A stretch of DNA of 64,000 nt from Setoptus koraiensis. Its lineage: Eukaryota; Animalia; Arthropoda. Both the position numbers and the translations under genes were made by a program. Below are positions 23,701-35,300 of this stretch, piece by piece. The number at the start of each line of letters is the position of its first letter. The stretch's first letter is position 1. The notes under the pieces were generated by a model. That model was given only the letters and a program-made list of their open reading frames with translations, was not told the DNA's origin and made no database searches. The DNA lies in the NCBI GenBank assembly GCA_048013815.1, contig CM106585.1:12214001-12278000 (forward strand). Direction: 5' to 3'.

Positions 23701-24508
23701 GCCGAATGGGAAATTGCAAAAAGCAATCAACCATTCACCAGTCAGTGTGTTAATTTTAGCACCAACCGTGAACTGAAACCAACATCCGACAACTGTCAGC
23801 TCCCGGCTTTCTCACAAACAAAACAAACTAAAATTGTTGTCTAGCGAGTTGTTACGTTACGAGAGACTTCTTGAGACAACCGGCTGTGAGCCGATCACTC
23901 AGCCGATCAGAGCGATAAGCTGAGGCTGTCCGATAACTACCGGCGTCTCTCGTTGGCTCAACAACATCAACATCACAGCCAGTTGTAACAGCTAGTTGTT
24001 GATTTATACAATGTATGCAAATAGTATTTTTGTTTTGTCACGAGCGCAAATTTTTCACTCAGTGTTTTCTCTCGCGGCCGCCAGAGCGCCTGGCCGATGT
24101 GTGCTCTACGGGCTGCGCTGTGCATTAGACGCAAGCAGTGCAGTTCGCGGTCACGCGTCTAGGCGTCGCTGTCGCGACGTCTCGACATGCCCAATCGAGA
24201 AATTGTGCATGTCGCAAGCCCAAAAACGGCCTCTATGGAGCCTCACATTGGGGAGATTCACGGCCTACAAAATCGGATAAAATCAAATAAATAAAATCAA
24301 CGAGGCTGACGATAAAATCAGCTGGGCTAGCGATGTGACCCGGTGAGCGGCGACTGTCAACAGGTTGCCGCAAGACCCCGACGTGAGAATAATCAGACAA
24401 TTGTGACAGGGAAAAAGTTGGAGTCTATTTATTGAAAAACTGGCGCACAACCCGATAAGAGTCCGGCGATGAGGCTGTGACGGGCACGCGTGGGGCGCCG
24501 ACCCAAGC

Positions 24509-26164
24509 TCATCGGCGAACGGGAATCACCTTGAGGTCTCTGTGTGAATTGAGGAACACGGACAGATTGGGCTTGGGCGGCCAGACGCTGCCGGGCGCCG
24601 GCTTGAAGCGGTAGCGGACAAGCAAACTGGCCAGGCCCAGTTTGGCCTCGGTCAAACTGAACCGGTAGCCTATGCAGTGGCGCGGACCAAGACCGAATGG
24701 ACAATATGAGCCGGAAACAATGTTTTGCCTGTTTTCTGGCGCGAATCGTTCGGGATCGAATTTGTGCGGCTCGGGCCAATAATCCGGATCGTTCATGATG
24801 GCGTAATAGGACAGATTGAGTATGGTGCCCTTGGGTATGGTCAAATCGTATTCCTCGAGATAATAGTCTTGGCTACAGCAGCGATCCATGAATAATACGG
24901 GCGACATAAAGCGCAACGTTTCACTGATGACCGCGTCCAAATAACTGGCCGATGTGACCGCCTCATAGTCAAACGAGCGACCGTCCGCGCCCGCAATGCC
25001 CCTCAGCTCCTCGTAAAGTCTCTCCTGTATGTCGGGATGATGGGCCTGAATGTACAGAAAGTGGGCCATCAAGGTGGCCGTTGTTTCGTAGCCAACAATG
25101 AACAAAAACATCACGTTTGATATGAGCTCCAGATCGGTGAGTTCCAGTTTGAGCTGTTTGTTGTCGGGTTGCTGCTGCTGCTGTTGCACTTCCGCCTCCA
25201 TGGCGGCCTGATCCTGCAGCATGGACTGGGCTGTGAGGCCCGCGTGGTGGTTCTCTTTGTCGTCCATGTCGGTCAGTTCGAGCTTGGCGCCAAATTTGGC
25301 GTCCAACAGCAACTGCAGATAGTCTTGGTGATCGTGACGCTTACTGGCGCGCCTCCTCTCTATTACGTCGCTCGCCTTCCGGTACAAATTGTCAAAATAT
25401 ATCTGCGGCGTACTCGTGAAGCCCACCGCCTTCAGCCAGCTCTCCGGAAACAAAAGCGGGGGCAGCATTTTAGTGAGTCGGGCCTTGGCGATGTTTTGCG
25501 CCAGCTCGACGAAGGCGCTTCGGTCATTGGATTTGTCGCCATTTTTGCTGCTGTCGGGGCGCTCCAACTTGAGCGCGTAACAACAGGTTGTTATGACGTC
25601 CATCGCGTACAAGCTAACCAGCTCCTTGGTGTCCACAACACGGTTGTTGTTGTTGTCCATCATGTCCACCAGTTCGCCGCTGCACAAGCTCATCAGTTTG
25701 AACATCCGCTTCATTTTGCCACTGGTGAAGGTGGGCGACATGAGCGCTCTGACGCGTTTCCAGCGCACGTCCAGCAATTGCACCAGAAAGTTCAATTGGT
25801 ATTTGTTGCGGAAGGCATCGAAATGGTGATTGGGAAAATACTGAAAGTCCTTGATGCAGATCTTGCGCAATATAGCCGCATCGGCTATCACTAAACGGGG
25901 CATTGTGCCAATGTAATATCCGTACACCTTGCCATATTTGTTGCGCCAGTCTATGTCAAGGTTGCGCTTTGCTCGCATCACCAAACTGATGCCGTTGCCC
26001 ACGATGGGCCACGGCGTGGGCGTCTTGATGCCGCGCGACGACCAGAACGTCAGCTTCTTGTATTGGTACAGGAGCACCAGAGTTGTTATTGTCACCAGGA
26101 GGGACGAAAATTGTTGACTTTGCCACACGAGGGCGATTGCGTCGTTCAGGTAGGACCAGAACAT
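24509..26164 (-). CDS. Cytochrome P450, clan 3 (CYP3A/CYP6/CYP9-like), intronless
   Basis: N-terminal anchor, PTPWPIVGN, WKRVRALMSPTFTSGKMK, I-helix FIVGYETT, ETLR (ExxR), PERF, and heme motif FGLGPRHCIG. Confidence 0.96.
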   Translation of the reverse strand: MFWSYLNDAIALVWQSQQFSSLLVTITTLVLLYQYKKLTFWSSRGIKTPTPWPIVGNGISLVMRAKRNLDIDWRNKYGKVYGYYIGTMPRLVIADAAILRKICIKDFQYFPNHHFDAFRNKYQLNFLVQLLDVRWKRVRALMSPTFTSGKMKRMFKLMSLCSGELVDMMDNNNNRVVDTKELVSLYAMDVITTCCYALKLERPDSSKNGDKSNDRSAFVELAQNIAKARLTKMLPPLLFPESWLKAVGFTSTPQIYFDNLYRKASDVIERRRASKRHDHQDYLQLLLDAKFGAKLELTDMDDKENHHAGLTAQSMLQDQAAMEAEVQQQQQQPDNKQLKLELTDLELISNVMFLFIVGYETTATLMAHFLYIQAHHPDIQERLYEELRGIAGADGRSFDYEAVTSASYLDAVISETLRFMSPVLFMDRCCSQDYYLEEYDLTIPKGTILNLSYYAIMNDPDYWPEPHKFDPERFAPENRQNIVSGSYCPFGLGPRHCIGYRFSLTEAKLGLASLLVRYRFKPAPGSVWPPKPNLSVFLNSHRDLKVIPVRR

Positions 26165-26220
26165 TGCGTTGACTGTTGAGCTCGAACTGAATGCTTAGAA
26201 CTGAATATTGAGCAAAAATC

Positions 26221-26361
26221 CCGACAAAAACCTAACGAAATCCTGACGAGCTACTGACAAACTGCCGACAAAATACTGACAAAATACTGACAAAATACTG
26301 ACAAAATACTGACAAAATACTGACAAAATACTGACAAACTGCTGATAAAATACTGACAAAA
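26221..26361. repeat. 11-bp minisatellite (AAAATACTGAC)n immediately 5' of the P450 ATG
   Basis: Six perfect copies at 26270-26335, with degenerate copies on both sides. Confidence 0.95.
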
Positions 26362-26912
26362 TGGCGAGCGATTCAGAGCAGATATTCCGAGACAATCAAC
26401 ACTGACAAAATTGTTTACGGCAACAGCAAAACGACTTGTGCACCCAGGCTGCACCTATAGATTATGGATACATAGATTGCAGTCGCTCGCGGGTCGAGAT
26501 AGAGATAGTGATAAAGATAATGCCCGACGGTTTGCTCGCTCGCTTGTCGGCGCGATACGATCGGCCACCAATTTAGGCAACAACAATTGTGAGCCGATAG
26601 TTTGACGACGATAGCACGAAACGACGACAACAACAACAGACGAGATAAAGAGTTGTCGTATGAGAGAGCTGGCATGGATTAGCCGGCCGGATGATGGTGT
26701 GTTTGCTGGAATATGGTGTCATAACTATTGTGTTTGTATTGTAACTTGTGTGATCTACAGTCTAGTCGACATAGTTATTTACATGTGAATATTATTGTGT
26801 AGTGCGGTACAGAAGTAGTATTATGGTACAAACTGAACATATATCACCAGAAAACAATTATCAATTATCCTATTACTATCCTAAGTTGCCATCCTGTGTG
26901 TGTGTGTCACGA

Positions 26913-29900
26913 TCACCTGTGATAGATCCAGTTGAAGCGCTTGTTTGAGTTTGATGCTATGTTGTCTTGGTCGCTAAGCAACGAAGTCTGGTGTTTGGAC
27001 CTCTTGTTTGTGGCGGTGGCGGCGGCGGTCTGATTGCGCAATTCGTCCATTGTGCCCATTGTGCCCATTGTGCAATTGCCACCGATTTGGCCACTGGCTG
27101 CCATGCAATCATTCTCCTTTCGCTCGGGCTCCCCGGTTGGTCTATTTCTATTCCATCTTGGGACACAGCTTACGTCATAAATATCCTCGTCCTGTTGCCC
27201 GTTGCCCGTTGGGTGCGGCTGCTCGCTCACCAGGTGACCCCCGGCGCCACTATGTAAGCGCTGTTTCGTCAATGTGGTCACTGTCGTGTCCGTGGCGCCC
27301 TCTCCGTTGCCAGTTCGTCTCACTTTGCGATTAGTTGTTATCTGCTGCTGCTGCTCGCCGTTCACAAATTTCGTCTGCCCATTTCCGGTTGCGCCAACGC
27401 TCGCAACGGCCACCGACGACGACGAGCTCGACGAGGCCTGAGACGATCTGCTAGCGGTCGGACTGGAGCCAGTGGAACAATTGTCCGCTGTCAATTGTTT
27501 ACTTTTTGCCGTTGTTGCTGTCGATTCATCGCTGTCATTTATTAGTGGTGATAATAATTTACGTAGACTAAATTTTAAATTTGTATGTTGAGCCAAGTTG
27601 GCGGCGCCAGTTTGTCGCTGCTTTTTTGCCTGTTTTTGTTCCAACGGCAGTTGTTGTTGTTGTTGTTGCTGTTGTCGTTGTTGAGTATCGTTGTTGTCGT
27701 TGTCATCGTCAATGTTCACCTGAGGTTGTTGTTTGTGGTTGCCATGGTTAGCTTGATTAGCGTTGTTGTTGTGACCGGTCGTGGCGCCATCTGCCGACAG
27801 ACGGTGCTGTCTAGGCGTACTGCGCTTGCTCTGTTGCGGACAAACCTTTGAACTGACTTTTGGCGCCAAATTTTTCTTGTCAAAAGTTGTTGACTTTTGG
27901 CTTTGGTCTAGACACTCGCTAGACAAACACTTCCTGTCTGTTGTTGTTGACTTTTTACTCATTTTGCTAACAATTTTTCCAGTGTCCCGAGGCCCATTTT
28001 GGTCATTGGGGTGCTCGTCGTCGTCGCTACTGAGACTAACCTGCGCGGCTGTTCGCTCCAAGGTGGCGCTAGCCGGACACTTGTTGGCCGGTTTGGGCGA
28101 CAGGGAGGCCGCCGAATAATCCGCCAGAGAGTCGCCCCCGTTCGACATGGACGACGACGACGACGACGACGAAACAGACGACGATGTCACATCGGACGAA
28201 TTCAGCGAGCCCGAGCTTATCTTTCGGTCTTGTTTTCCGCTGTTCAACTTGCTGTTTGTTGTCTTTTTGCTTGCATCGACACAATTGTTTGGTGTCGCAT
28301 GAATGCTCACCGATTTGTTTTTTCCGTTTGTGTTGGCCGGTTTCCGTTGTTGCTCGCATTGGCCAGTGTTGGTCGCTAATTTATCACTTGACGAATAGTA
28401 ATCATCTGTGCAACCCGACGAATCGCTAACAGCGGCCTGCAATTGATTTGAGTGGCCGGCCGCTTTCGGCAGATGCTGCTGAGATGTTTTCTTTTTGGGG
28501 CCGCTGGCAGTGTCCGGCTTGATGGCATTGGTCAGCTTGGTCTTGTTGCCGGTTGCGTCGCTGTCGGGCGTCGCCGACAGGTTTGGTCCGTGGCTCGTTT
28601 GCCCTTGGGGCACCATTAGCTGCGGACAGCACTGATGGCAACAGTCGCAGCAGCCCACCGAGCCCGGCGAGGCCTGTTCCGGACACAAATGGGGCGCGAC
28701 GTCGTCCAGGCAACACTGGCAACAGCAGTAGTCGGTGACGTAATTGTCTCGGTGACATGTGAGGCACGAGGTTGTTGTTTGGGGGGGCGGCGTGCAATCG
28801 TGGTCGTCGTTGTACTGAGTGTCGTCGTTGTACTGAGTGTTGTCGTTGTATTGGGTGTCGTCGGGGTCGTTGTTTGCTTGTTTGAGGTGCGATTGTTGTT
28901 GTTGTTGTTGCTGTTCTAGTTGTTGCTGTTGCCGCTCTAGTTGTTGTTGTTGTTGTCGTCGCCGCTCCATTGTGCTGCTACCTAGCGGCTGTTGGGCGAG
29001 CTTGTCGGTACCCAAAGTGGACTGGTTGTCGCTGGAGCCCGAATGCGACGACGACGACGACGACGAAAACAAATTCAAATAGTTGGCCTCGTCGTCGTCA
29101 TAGTGCATCATCAGGTACGATTTGGAGCTGGCCGCCAGGCTGGACGTTGTGGACAGTGGTTGCTTGTTGCGGTTGTTGAACAATTGCAACGGCTGCTGCT
29201 GGTGCTGTTGCTGTTGTTGTTGTTGGTGGTTGTGCGCCGACGACCACTGCAACTGGTAGTTGTTGTATCTGGACTGACTGCTGGCGTACCGCTGCAGATC
29301 CATCGACGACATACTGAGGCGCGAATTGAGTCTGCTCAGATTTTGTTTGCTTCCGTTGGCCGTGGGCGTCAGCGTGGCCCTCTTGTTGTAGCTGTCCAGT
29401 TGGTCTGGCTGTTGGGGGCCCGCCAGTGCGCTCGACGCCAGCCACCTGGTGGAGGCGCACGATCGCATTAATTGTTTGTTTGTGGTTGTTGGTGTTGTCG
29501 CTGTTGTTGAGTTAAACAATTGTTTGCTGCTGTACTGCTGATATGAGTATCGGCTGCTGCTGTTGCTGCTGCTGTTATAACCATTGTTGTCGCGAGAGTT
29601 GCACAACTGCTGCTGTTGCGCAATAGATCTAGACAACGACGAGCTGCCCAAGCGCACGCTAGAGGCGCGACTGGTCAGCGACAGCGGTGTGATTGTGGCG
29701 TCGTCTTTGGTTCGCGAGCGATACCTGTTTTGCTTGAATAGGCTCGCTGTTGTGTTGTTCGTATCCGTTGCGGCGGGGTATTCCGCTGCTGTTTGCTGGT
29801 GCGGCAATTCGTCGGGCGGCCGGTTAGCGGCGGCGGCGCCGCCGGTCAGCATGAGCGACCCGTCGAGCCGGTTGGTCGGCTGAGGGGCGCTCTTGAGCAT

Positions 29901-30683
29901 GTCGATGGCCACTATGTTTATGATCATCAGCCAGCAGGGATTGTCCAGTAGATGGGCCCTGTTTTCGACAAAACTTATGGTGCTGATGCACTGAAATTGG
30001 AGCCTCTGCCTAATGGCAACCTGTTGCTGTTGACTGTTGGCCTGGAGCCATTGCCGGTAGCGCCGTTGGGCCTGGGCCTGAAATTTGCGCATATCAAACA
30101 ACTTGTAGGATCGTTCCAATTCCAACTGGAGCGCACCGTTGCATTTGCGCTGCCTGCTCAATGCCTGCTGCTGCTGCTGTTGCGGGTCCCCGCTTAGTTG
30201 CAACTGGTGCCGCCTGAGGTCGTCGGGGGCGCCCAGGTCGCTGTGTCGGTCGCTGTCGGCCGCCGACTGCAACACAGCGATAGTGTTGCAGTTGTGGGGC
30301 CCGGCGGCGTCGCCCGGGCCGGCCGCTTGGTTGCAAATGGGGCCGGCGTTGGCGGGCCACTGGATGAAGTCGCGAATGTAAACGGGCGACCGGGAGAATC
30401 GTTTCACTATTATGTTGCCGTGTTTGTCTATTTTGAGCTTTACGCCGGGCCCGATGCGCTTCTTCGCCTCGATGGTGTCCACCTGGCGGTCCCTGTTGTC
30501 GAAGCCGTTCAGTCCGATGCGGATCCCGTCGAAGCCGTCCGGCGACCCGTTGATGGTGAGCACTTGCGCGCTGGCGTAGGCCTTCGCCACGCGCTTGTTG
30601 CGCTCGAAACAGATCAGCTTGCCCCAGATTTCGTCGTTGATCTCCAAGTGGTCCCACTTGGCGTACACCTCCTGCAGGTGATC
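26913..30683 (-). CDS. exp: expansion/rebuf-family MH2-only protein, coding exon 2 (MH2 domain plus long low-complexity tail)
   Basis: Acceptor AG at 30685-30684, then DHLQEVYAKW...DEIWGKLICFERNKRVAKAY...LTINGSPDGFDGIRIGLNGFDN...GVKLKIDKHGNIIVKR, and later KLFDMRKFQ...QCISTISFV...CWLMIINIVAIDMLKS. These match Drosophila Exp/Reb motifs as recalled. Open to TGA at 26913. Confidence 0.9.
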   Translation of the reverse strand, partial: DHLQEVYAKWDHLEINDEIWGKLICFERNKRVAKAYASAQVLTINGSPDGFDGIRIGLNGFDNRDRQVDTIEAKKRIGPGVKLKIDKHGNIIVKRFSRSPVYIRDFIQWPANAGPICNQAAGPGDAAGPHNCNTIAVLQSAADSDRHSDLGAPDDLRRHQLQLSGDPQQQQQQALSRQRKCNGALQLELERSYKLFDMRKFQAQAQRRYRQWLQANSQQQQVAIRQRLQFQCISTISFVENRAHLLDNPCWLMIINIVAIDMLKSAPQPTNRLDGSLMLTGGAAAANRPPDELPHQQTAAEYPAATDTNNTTASLFKQNRYRSRTKDDATITPLSLTSRASSVRLGSSSLSRSIAQQQQLCNSRDNNGYNSSSNSSSRYSYQQYSSKQLFNSTTATTPTTTNKQLMRSCASTRWLASSALAGPQQPDQLDSYNKRATLTPTANGSKQNLSRLNSRLSMSSMDLQRYASSQSRYNNYQLQWSSAHNHQQQQQQQHQQQPLQLFNNRNKQPLSTTSSLAASSKSYLMMHYDDDEANYLNLFSSSSSSSHSGSSDNQSTLGTDKLAQQPLGSSTMERRRQQQQQLERQQQQLEQQQQQQQSHLKQANNDPDDTQYNDNTQYNDDTQYNDDHDCTPPPQTTTSCLTCHRDNYVTDYCCCQCCLDDVAPHLCPEQASPGSVGCCDCCHQCCPQLMVPQGQTSHGPNLSATPDSDATGNKTKLTNAIKPDTASGPKKKTSQQHLPKAAGHSNQLQAAVSDSSGCTDDYYSSSDKLATNTGQCEQQRKPANTNGKNKSVSIHATPNNCVDASKKTTNSKLNSGKQDRKISSGSLNSSDVTSSSVSSSSSSSSMSNGGDSLADYSAASLSPKPANKCPASATLERTAAQVSLSSDDDEHPNDQNGPRDTGKIVSKMSKKSTTTDRKCLSSECLDQSQKSTTFDKKNLAPKVSSKVCPQQSKRSTPRQHRLSADGATTGHNNNANQANHGNHKQQPQVNIDDDNDNNDTQQRQQQQQQQQLPLEQKQAKKQRQTGAANLAQHTNLKFSLRKLLSPLINDSDESTATTAKSKQLTADNCSTGSSPTASRSSQASSSSSSSVAVASVGATGNGQTKFVNGEQQQQITTNRKVRRTGNGEGATDTTVTTLTKQRLHSGAGGHLVSEQPHPTGNGQQDEDIYDVSCVPRWNRNRPTGEPERKENDCMAASGQIGGNCTMGTMGTMDELRNQTAAATATNKRSKHQTSLLSDQDNIASNSNKRFNWIYHR

Positions 30684-30747
30684 CTGTTTGTGCGTTTGTT
30701 TTGGCGATAATTATCCGTCGCGCCGCCCGGGACACAGTGCGGGCAAT

Positions 30748-30867
30748 ATGGGAGATCGCAACACGGGCGAGCGCATTATGGGAGATCGCAACACGGGCGA
30801 GCGCATTATGGGAGAGCGCATTATGGGCGCGCGCAATATGGGAGAGCGCATTATGGGAGATATGCAG
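30748..30867. repeat. 30/15-bp minisatellite (ATGGGAGATCGCAACACGGGCGAGCGCATT and derivatives) next to the exp 3' splice site
   Basis: Two full 30-mers followed by 15-bp half units. Confidence 0.85.
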
Positions 30868-33800
30868 CGGATAGAGGAGAACACAATCGGTTAGTGCGTG
30901 GGCGCCACAGGTAATTTAGTTGTTGGTGTCAGTTGGCGGCCGGATCACGTTTATCATGTGGCATGATTTATTTATTTATTGAGCCGCGCATATCGAGTCT
31001 ATTTACAGTTGCGCTGCATTGGTGTCGACGGCCGGCCATCGCCAGCGAGACGGCGAGCCATTGCCGGCGAGACGGCGAGCGAGATAATCATCAACGGCGC
31101 CAATTGTTGTTTGGACAGCGCTAATTATCTTTCGGTGTGATCATTGTAACAACTTGCCGGCCACAGTGGCAAGTTGCAAACAATGATACACTCGCCCGAA
31201 ACAATGCCACTGACTCGATCTAGGCCGGCCGCACTAACGAGCTTGTAGCAAGGCGAGCAAACTGAGCAAGGCGAGCTGGACGCTGGTCACCAGAGGCGAT
31301 TTGCCGTGCCGTGTGACCCGCGAGCTGGCCGGCATAAATCATTGGCCGGCGTTATTTTTGGGCTCGCGGTTGCTCGAGTCTGTCGTCGCTTGCCGCTGTT
31401 GTTGCCGCTGTTGTTGTTGCTGCTGTTGCCGGTGGTTGCCGGTGGTGGCCGGTGGTGGCCGCTGTTGTTGCCGCTGCTGTTGTCAGCGACAATACAGTGG
31501 GCGCCATGATGAATGATACCGTCATCGAGCGTGCTCACTCCTACGCGCGTTCTTTGCGTGCAAACGCACGAATTGCAATTCTCATAAGGTTAACACAGGT
31601 ATAAACACAGGCCAGTCTGACACAAATTGCCAGCCGATTCCAGCCAATCGGCCAACACGATCCCGATTGAACAACGTGAACTCGCTGGCTATCTCGTGAT
31701 CTGATCGGCGGTGATCGTGTCATTCAGATCGGACAGCGTCGGCTCATGCGGGCTCGCCGACTCCGACAACCGCGCCGATACTCGACTCACCTGTCTCACC
31801 GGGCCGGTCGGCGGCGATCGGGTCAGCGGTAGCGATAACAACATAGCATGACGCTATTTGTAGCGGTAGCAGCGATGATTTCGGCTAGTTGGTCGCCGCT
31901 GTCAGCCAACACTGTCTGTCCACTCGACCATATTGAGCAATATGCCACAACTGGCACAACAACCACAACTACATTGTGGCACATTGTGGCACATTGTGGC
32001 GACAGCGAGCGTCTTGATTACATAATTATCATTATTGCGCGACAATCGAGCGCGTCAGTCAAAAATTTACACTCGCTACGAGTGACTCTCACAATGTCGA
32101 CAGCCCAATAACGTCACTTGGTTGGCCAACACGAACACTATCTCGTCCGTCTAATTGCTCATTATTGTGCACAATTGTCCACGGCCAATAACAAGCAATT
32201 AGTTAGTGTTTAGATAGCCACAATTAGGCGCAATAATTATAATAATGCGACACACACACAAGTAGCGTTGCAATATTTGGCAATGTCGACACCTCATCAC
32301 ACAATTGGCCTGACAAGCGCAAGTGTTAGAGCTGTTCTGTTGTTGGCGTCCGATCAAAATGAGTCAATGAGACCAGCGGTCAACAATTGGGCCGGCGGTC
32401 TATTTAAACGACACAAGCCAATTATGATCATGATTGCGATTACGCAATCATCGACTTTTGTCATGACTCATGAGCGACTTATGTCAACTTGCGTGCCCAT
32501 TTTTCCCAGCCACAGCCAGATGAAACTGACCAGTTTTGCGGTCAGTTTTGTGCGAACAGTCCGCCAACTAGTTGGCCAGTTGGCCACAATGCCAACCTGG
32601 CCACTGGAACCGTTAAAATGGCTACATCATCGGTTACGTCATTCGGTCGGCCGGCCGATTGGCCGATTGGTCGGCATTGCGTCACATGGTTGATCAGTTG
32701 ATATATTGGCGAGAGGAGAGTGCAGTTAACAGAATAAAGTGACCACTGTCACTGTGTTCTGCGAGCATAAATCACATGCTCTCAATTGCGTTGCGCTTGT
32801 GTTGCAAGTTGCAACGCAAAAAATGATAAAATGGGCCGAAAATGATAAAATGAGTTGCATGAATGGACCTGACAACACGACACACACACACACACACGCA
32901 CAACCGAGACCTTGACCGACGCGCCGAGCCACTGAGAGTGTTGCGACACTATTCACCTGTCGTCTAAGCTGCCGCTAATTCGGTGCCAACAATGTCAGAC
33001 ACTTCGTTCGGCTTCGTCTGGCTTCGGCTGGCTTCGGCTGGTGGCGGCCAATCCGACGGTGGCCGCTTGAAAGGTTTGCGCGCCAGCTCGCAACAGGTAG
33101 CGCCCAAAGTGGGCAACAATTACTTCTGGCACGATCGGCCGGCTAACAAGTGTAACGAGCGCGAGTCTAATCCATTTATTTGTTGTTATTTTGGCGCCCT
33201 CTCTCCAAAGACAGGGCTTGCCAAAGACAAGGCTCGCCAAATACAAGGCTCTCCAGAGGCTGTGTGTGTCTCCAAAGACACACAGTTTTGTCCGACAGGG
33301 CACCGCGGGTGTCGCCACGGGCCCGTCATAACACACGCCCGGCTCGCCTACAAACTGATTATCTAACATTGAATATCATCAGCGATCGATCATAATTCGC
33401 GAATTTATATATACATTCGAGTTAAATATACACACTATATTGAATTATATTGAATCTTGTTGAATTATGCTGATATATGTTGAATTACGTTGAACTGCGT
33501 TGAATTACGTTGAATTGTGTTGAATTGTGTTGAATTGCATTGAATGGCGTCTCAGTGGGCGCCCAACGGCAAAGTGCCGTTACAAGGCGCTTATTTGCAT
33601 GACTCGCAAGCGGCCAGCGAGAGTTTTGTGCCAAAAGCCAAAAGCCCAGCGAGCCAATTGCCAATTGCGCCAGTCGACAGGTCGTGTCAAGTCGGCCTTG
33701 CCAGCGAATTATCGCTGTCGCTGTTTGACAGCGACGTGTTGGCATGCGTTCGCCTCGTTGTCGGCCAGCCTCGTTGTCGGCTGTCAGTGCGCTCAAATAT

Positions 33801-35229
33801 GTATATTTATACACATATTTTGTATTTTGTATTTTTGTTGTTGTATTACGCAATTCCCATTTGATTGGAGCTCGCAAACAGAGCGACGAGCGCGCTCGCT
33901 CGATTTGCCCATTTGTGAGCCACAACAAGCGAGCCACAAATTGTTAGCCACAACAAGTGTTACGCAACAGCGCCCGCTGCCGATGGCTCGAAACTGATAA
34001 CTAAACTAGCAAATTATAATTAGAGCATAATGAGCACCTTTGGCTCGATATGCGTTACGGCCGCTGACTCTGGCCACTGTATGCACACCACCAAGCGACC
34101 ATATAACTTGCATAATTGTGTGACTGGCTGTCGCTGGCCAGTGGCGAGTCGTGATGCAAATCGAGAGCACGTTACTGGTGGCAAAGTCGGCGGCAATGGC
34201 ACTGGTTTGATAGCTTGGTGATAGCGGCCGTCGGGCCGCCAACCGCCCGCCAACCACCGAGTCAACGACAGCCACAGCGACAGCAACCACAGCAGCAACA
34301 ACAGCCGAGCAACGGCAACAACGGCCGAGCAACCACAACAACGGCCGTCGTTGTGAACAAGTGGGGCAGATGCGCCGGGATGCGGCCATGCGAGCGGTCG
34401 TGATCAATAGTCAATTTTAAGTAGCTCGAGCGATTGCGCAACGCTCAAACTGGCCAAATTGGCCTGATATTTATAAATGGAAATATATTTATATTTACAT
34501 TCATGAATTGGCCTGTGCAGAGCCGAGCAGGCGCAACGAGCCAAATATGCGAATATTGTTTGCATATTGGGCCGCATAACGGTCGCCATGATAACGGTCG
34601 CGATGATAACGGTCGGCGACGGGTCGCGCATAATGCGAGCTCAAATCACTGCGAGTCAAATGGTGTGGGCGCCGCATCCAATCAGCGATGCATGCTCGCC
34701 GATACGTCCGATCGATTACGGCTGTCATTGGCTCGCTTGCCAGCCGTTTGAATTGGACGGCGCCACTCGATCCGCATGCAAACTGTGGATTGCAGAGCGA
34801 GCCGACGCCGACAAGCTCGCTTTGGGCTTGACCCCTCCATTCACTCCAATTCTCGATTCTAATTCTCTGGCTCTCGGCTCTGGCTCTCGATTGCGACTCG
34901 ATCGCGACTCTCGGCTCTGATAATCAGAGTCTGATTGCGAGCCGAAGGCCCGAATCGGAGCGAGCGCGCGAAACAGCGAGAGCGCGATAATGAGCGCCGC
35001 TCTCACTGACTAAAACTCGCTTGCCAGAGTGAAACGAGCCAAACTGAATTTGAATGCGCTCATTGATTCATTGCGCATTCGTGAATTCATTCGTGAATAT
35101 CGTCGGCGGCGCCAGTCATGAGTCACGGTGAAAACTTGTCGCTCGCCCGGTTAGCGGGCATCAAGGTCGTGACGCGATCGCCCGTTCGCCCGCCCGAACG
35201 GCCACTGCTGACTTTCGAGCGGCGAGCTC

Positions 35230-35300
35230 CGATTGAGAGGCTTCGATTGAGAGGCTTCGATTGAGAGGCTTCGATTGAGAGGCTTCGATTGAGAGGCTTC
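35230..35300. repeat. 14-bp minisatellite (CGATTGAGAGGCTT) x5
   Basis: Directly visible perfect copies. Confidence 0.95.

Noticed and set aside
23972-23982. Partial matches to miR-2 (ATCACAGCCAG) and miR-263 (AATGGCACTGG at 34195-34205)
   Set aside because: The matches stop after about 11 nt and I found no complementary arm.
20950-24400. Many 60-130-aa ORFs between KLHDC10 and the P450
   Set aside because: Overlapping in several frames, low complexity and without motifs; treated as non-coding.
25169-25894. Long ORFs antisense to or overlapping the P450, exp and NDRG coding regions (also 30094-30735, 30198-30710, 52711-53172)
   Set aside because: Shadow frames of GC-rich coding sequence with few stop codons.
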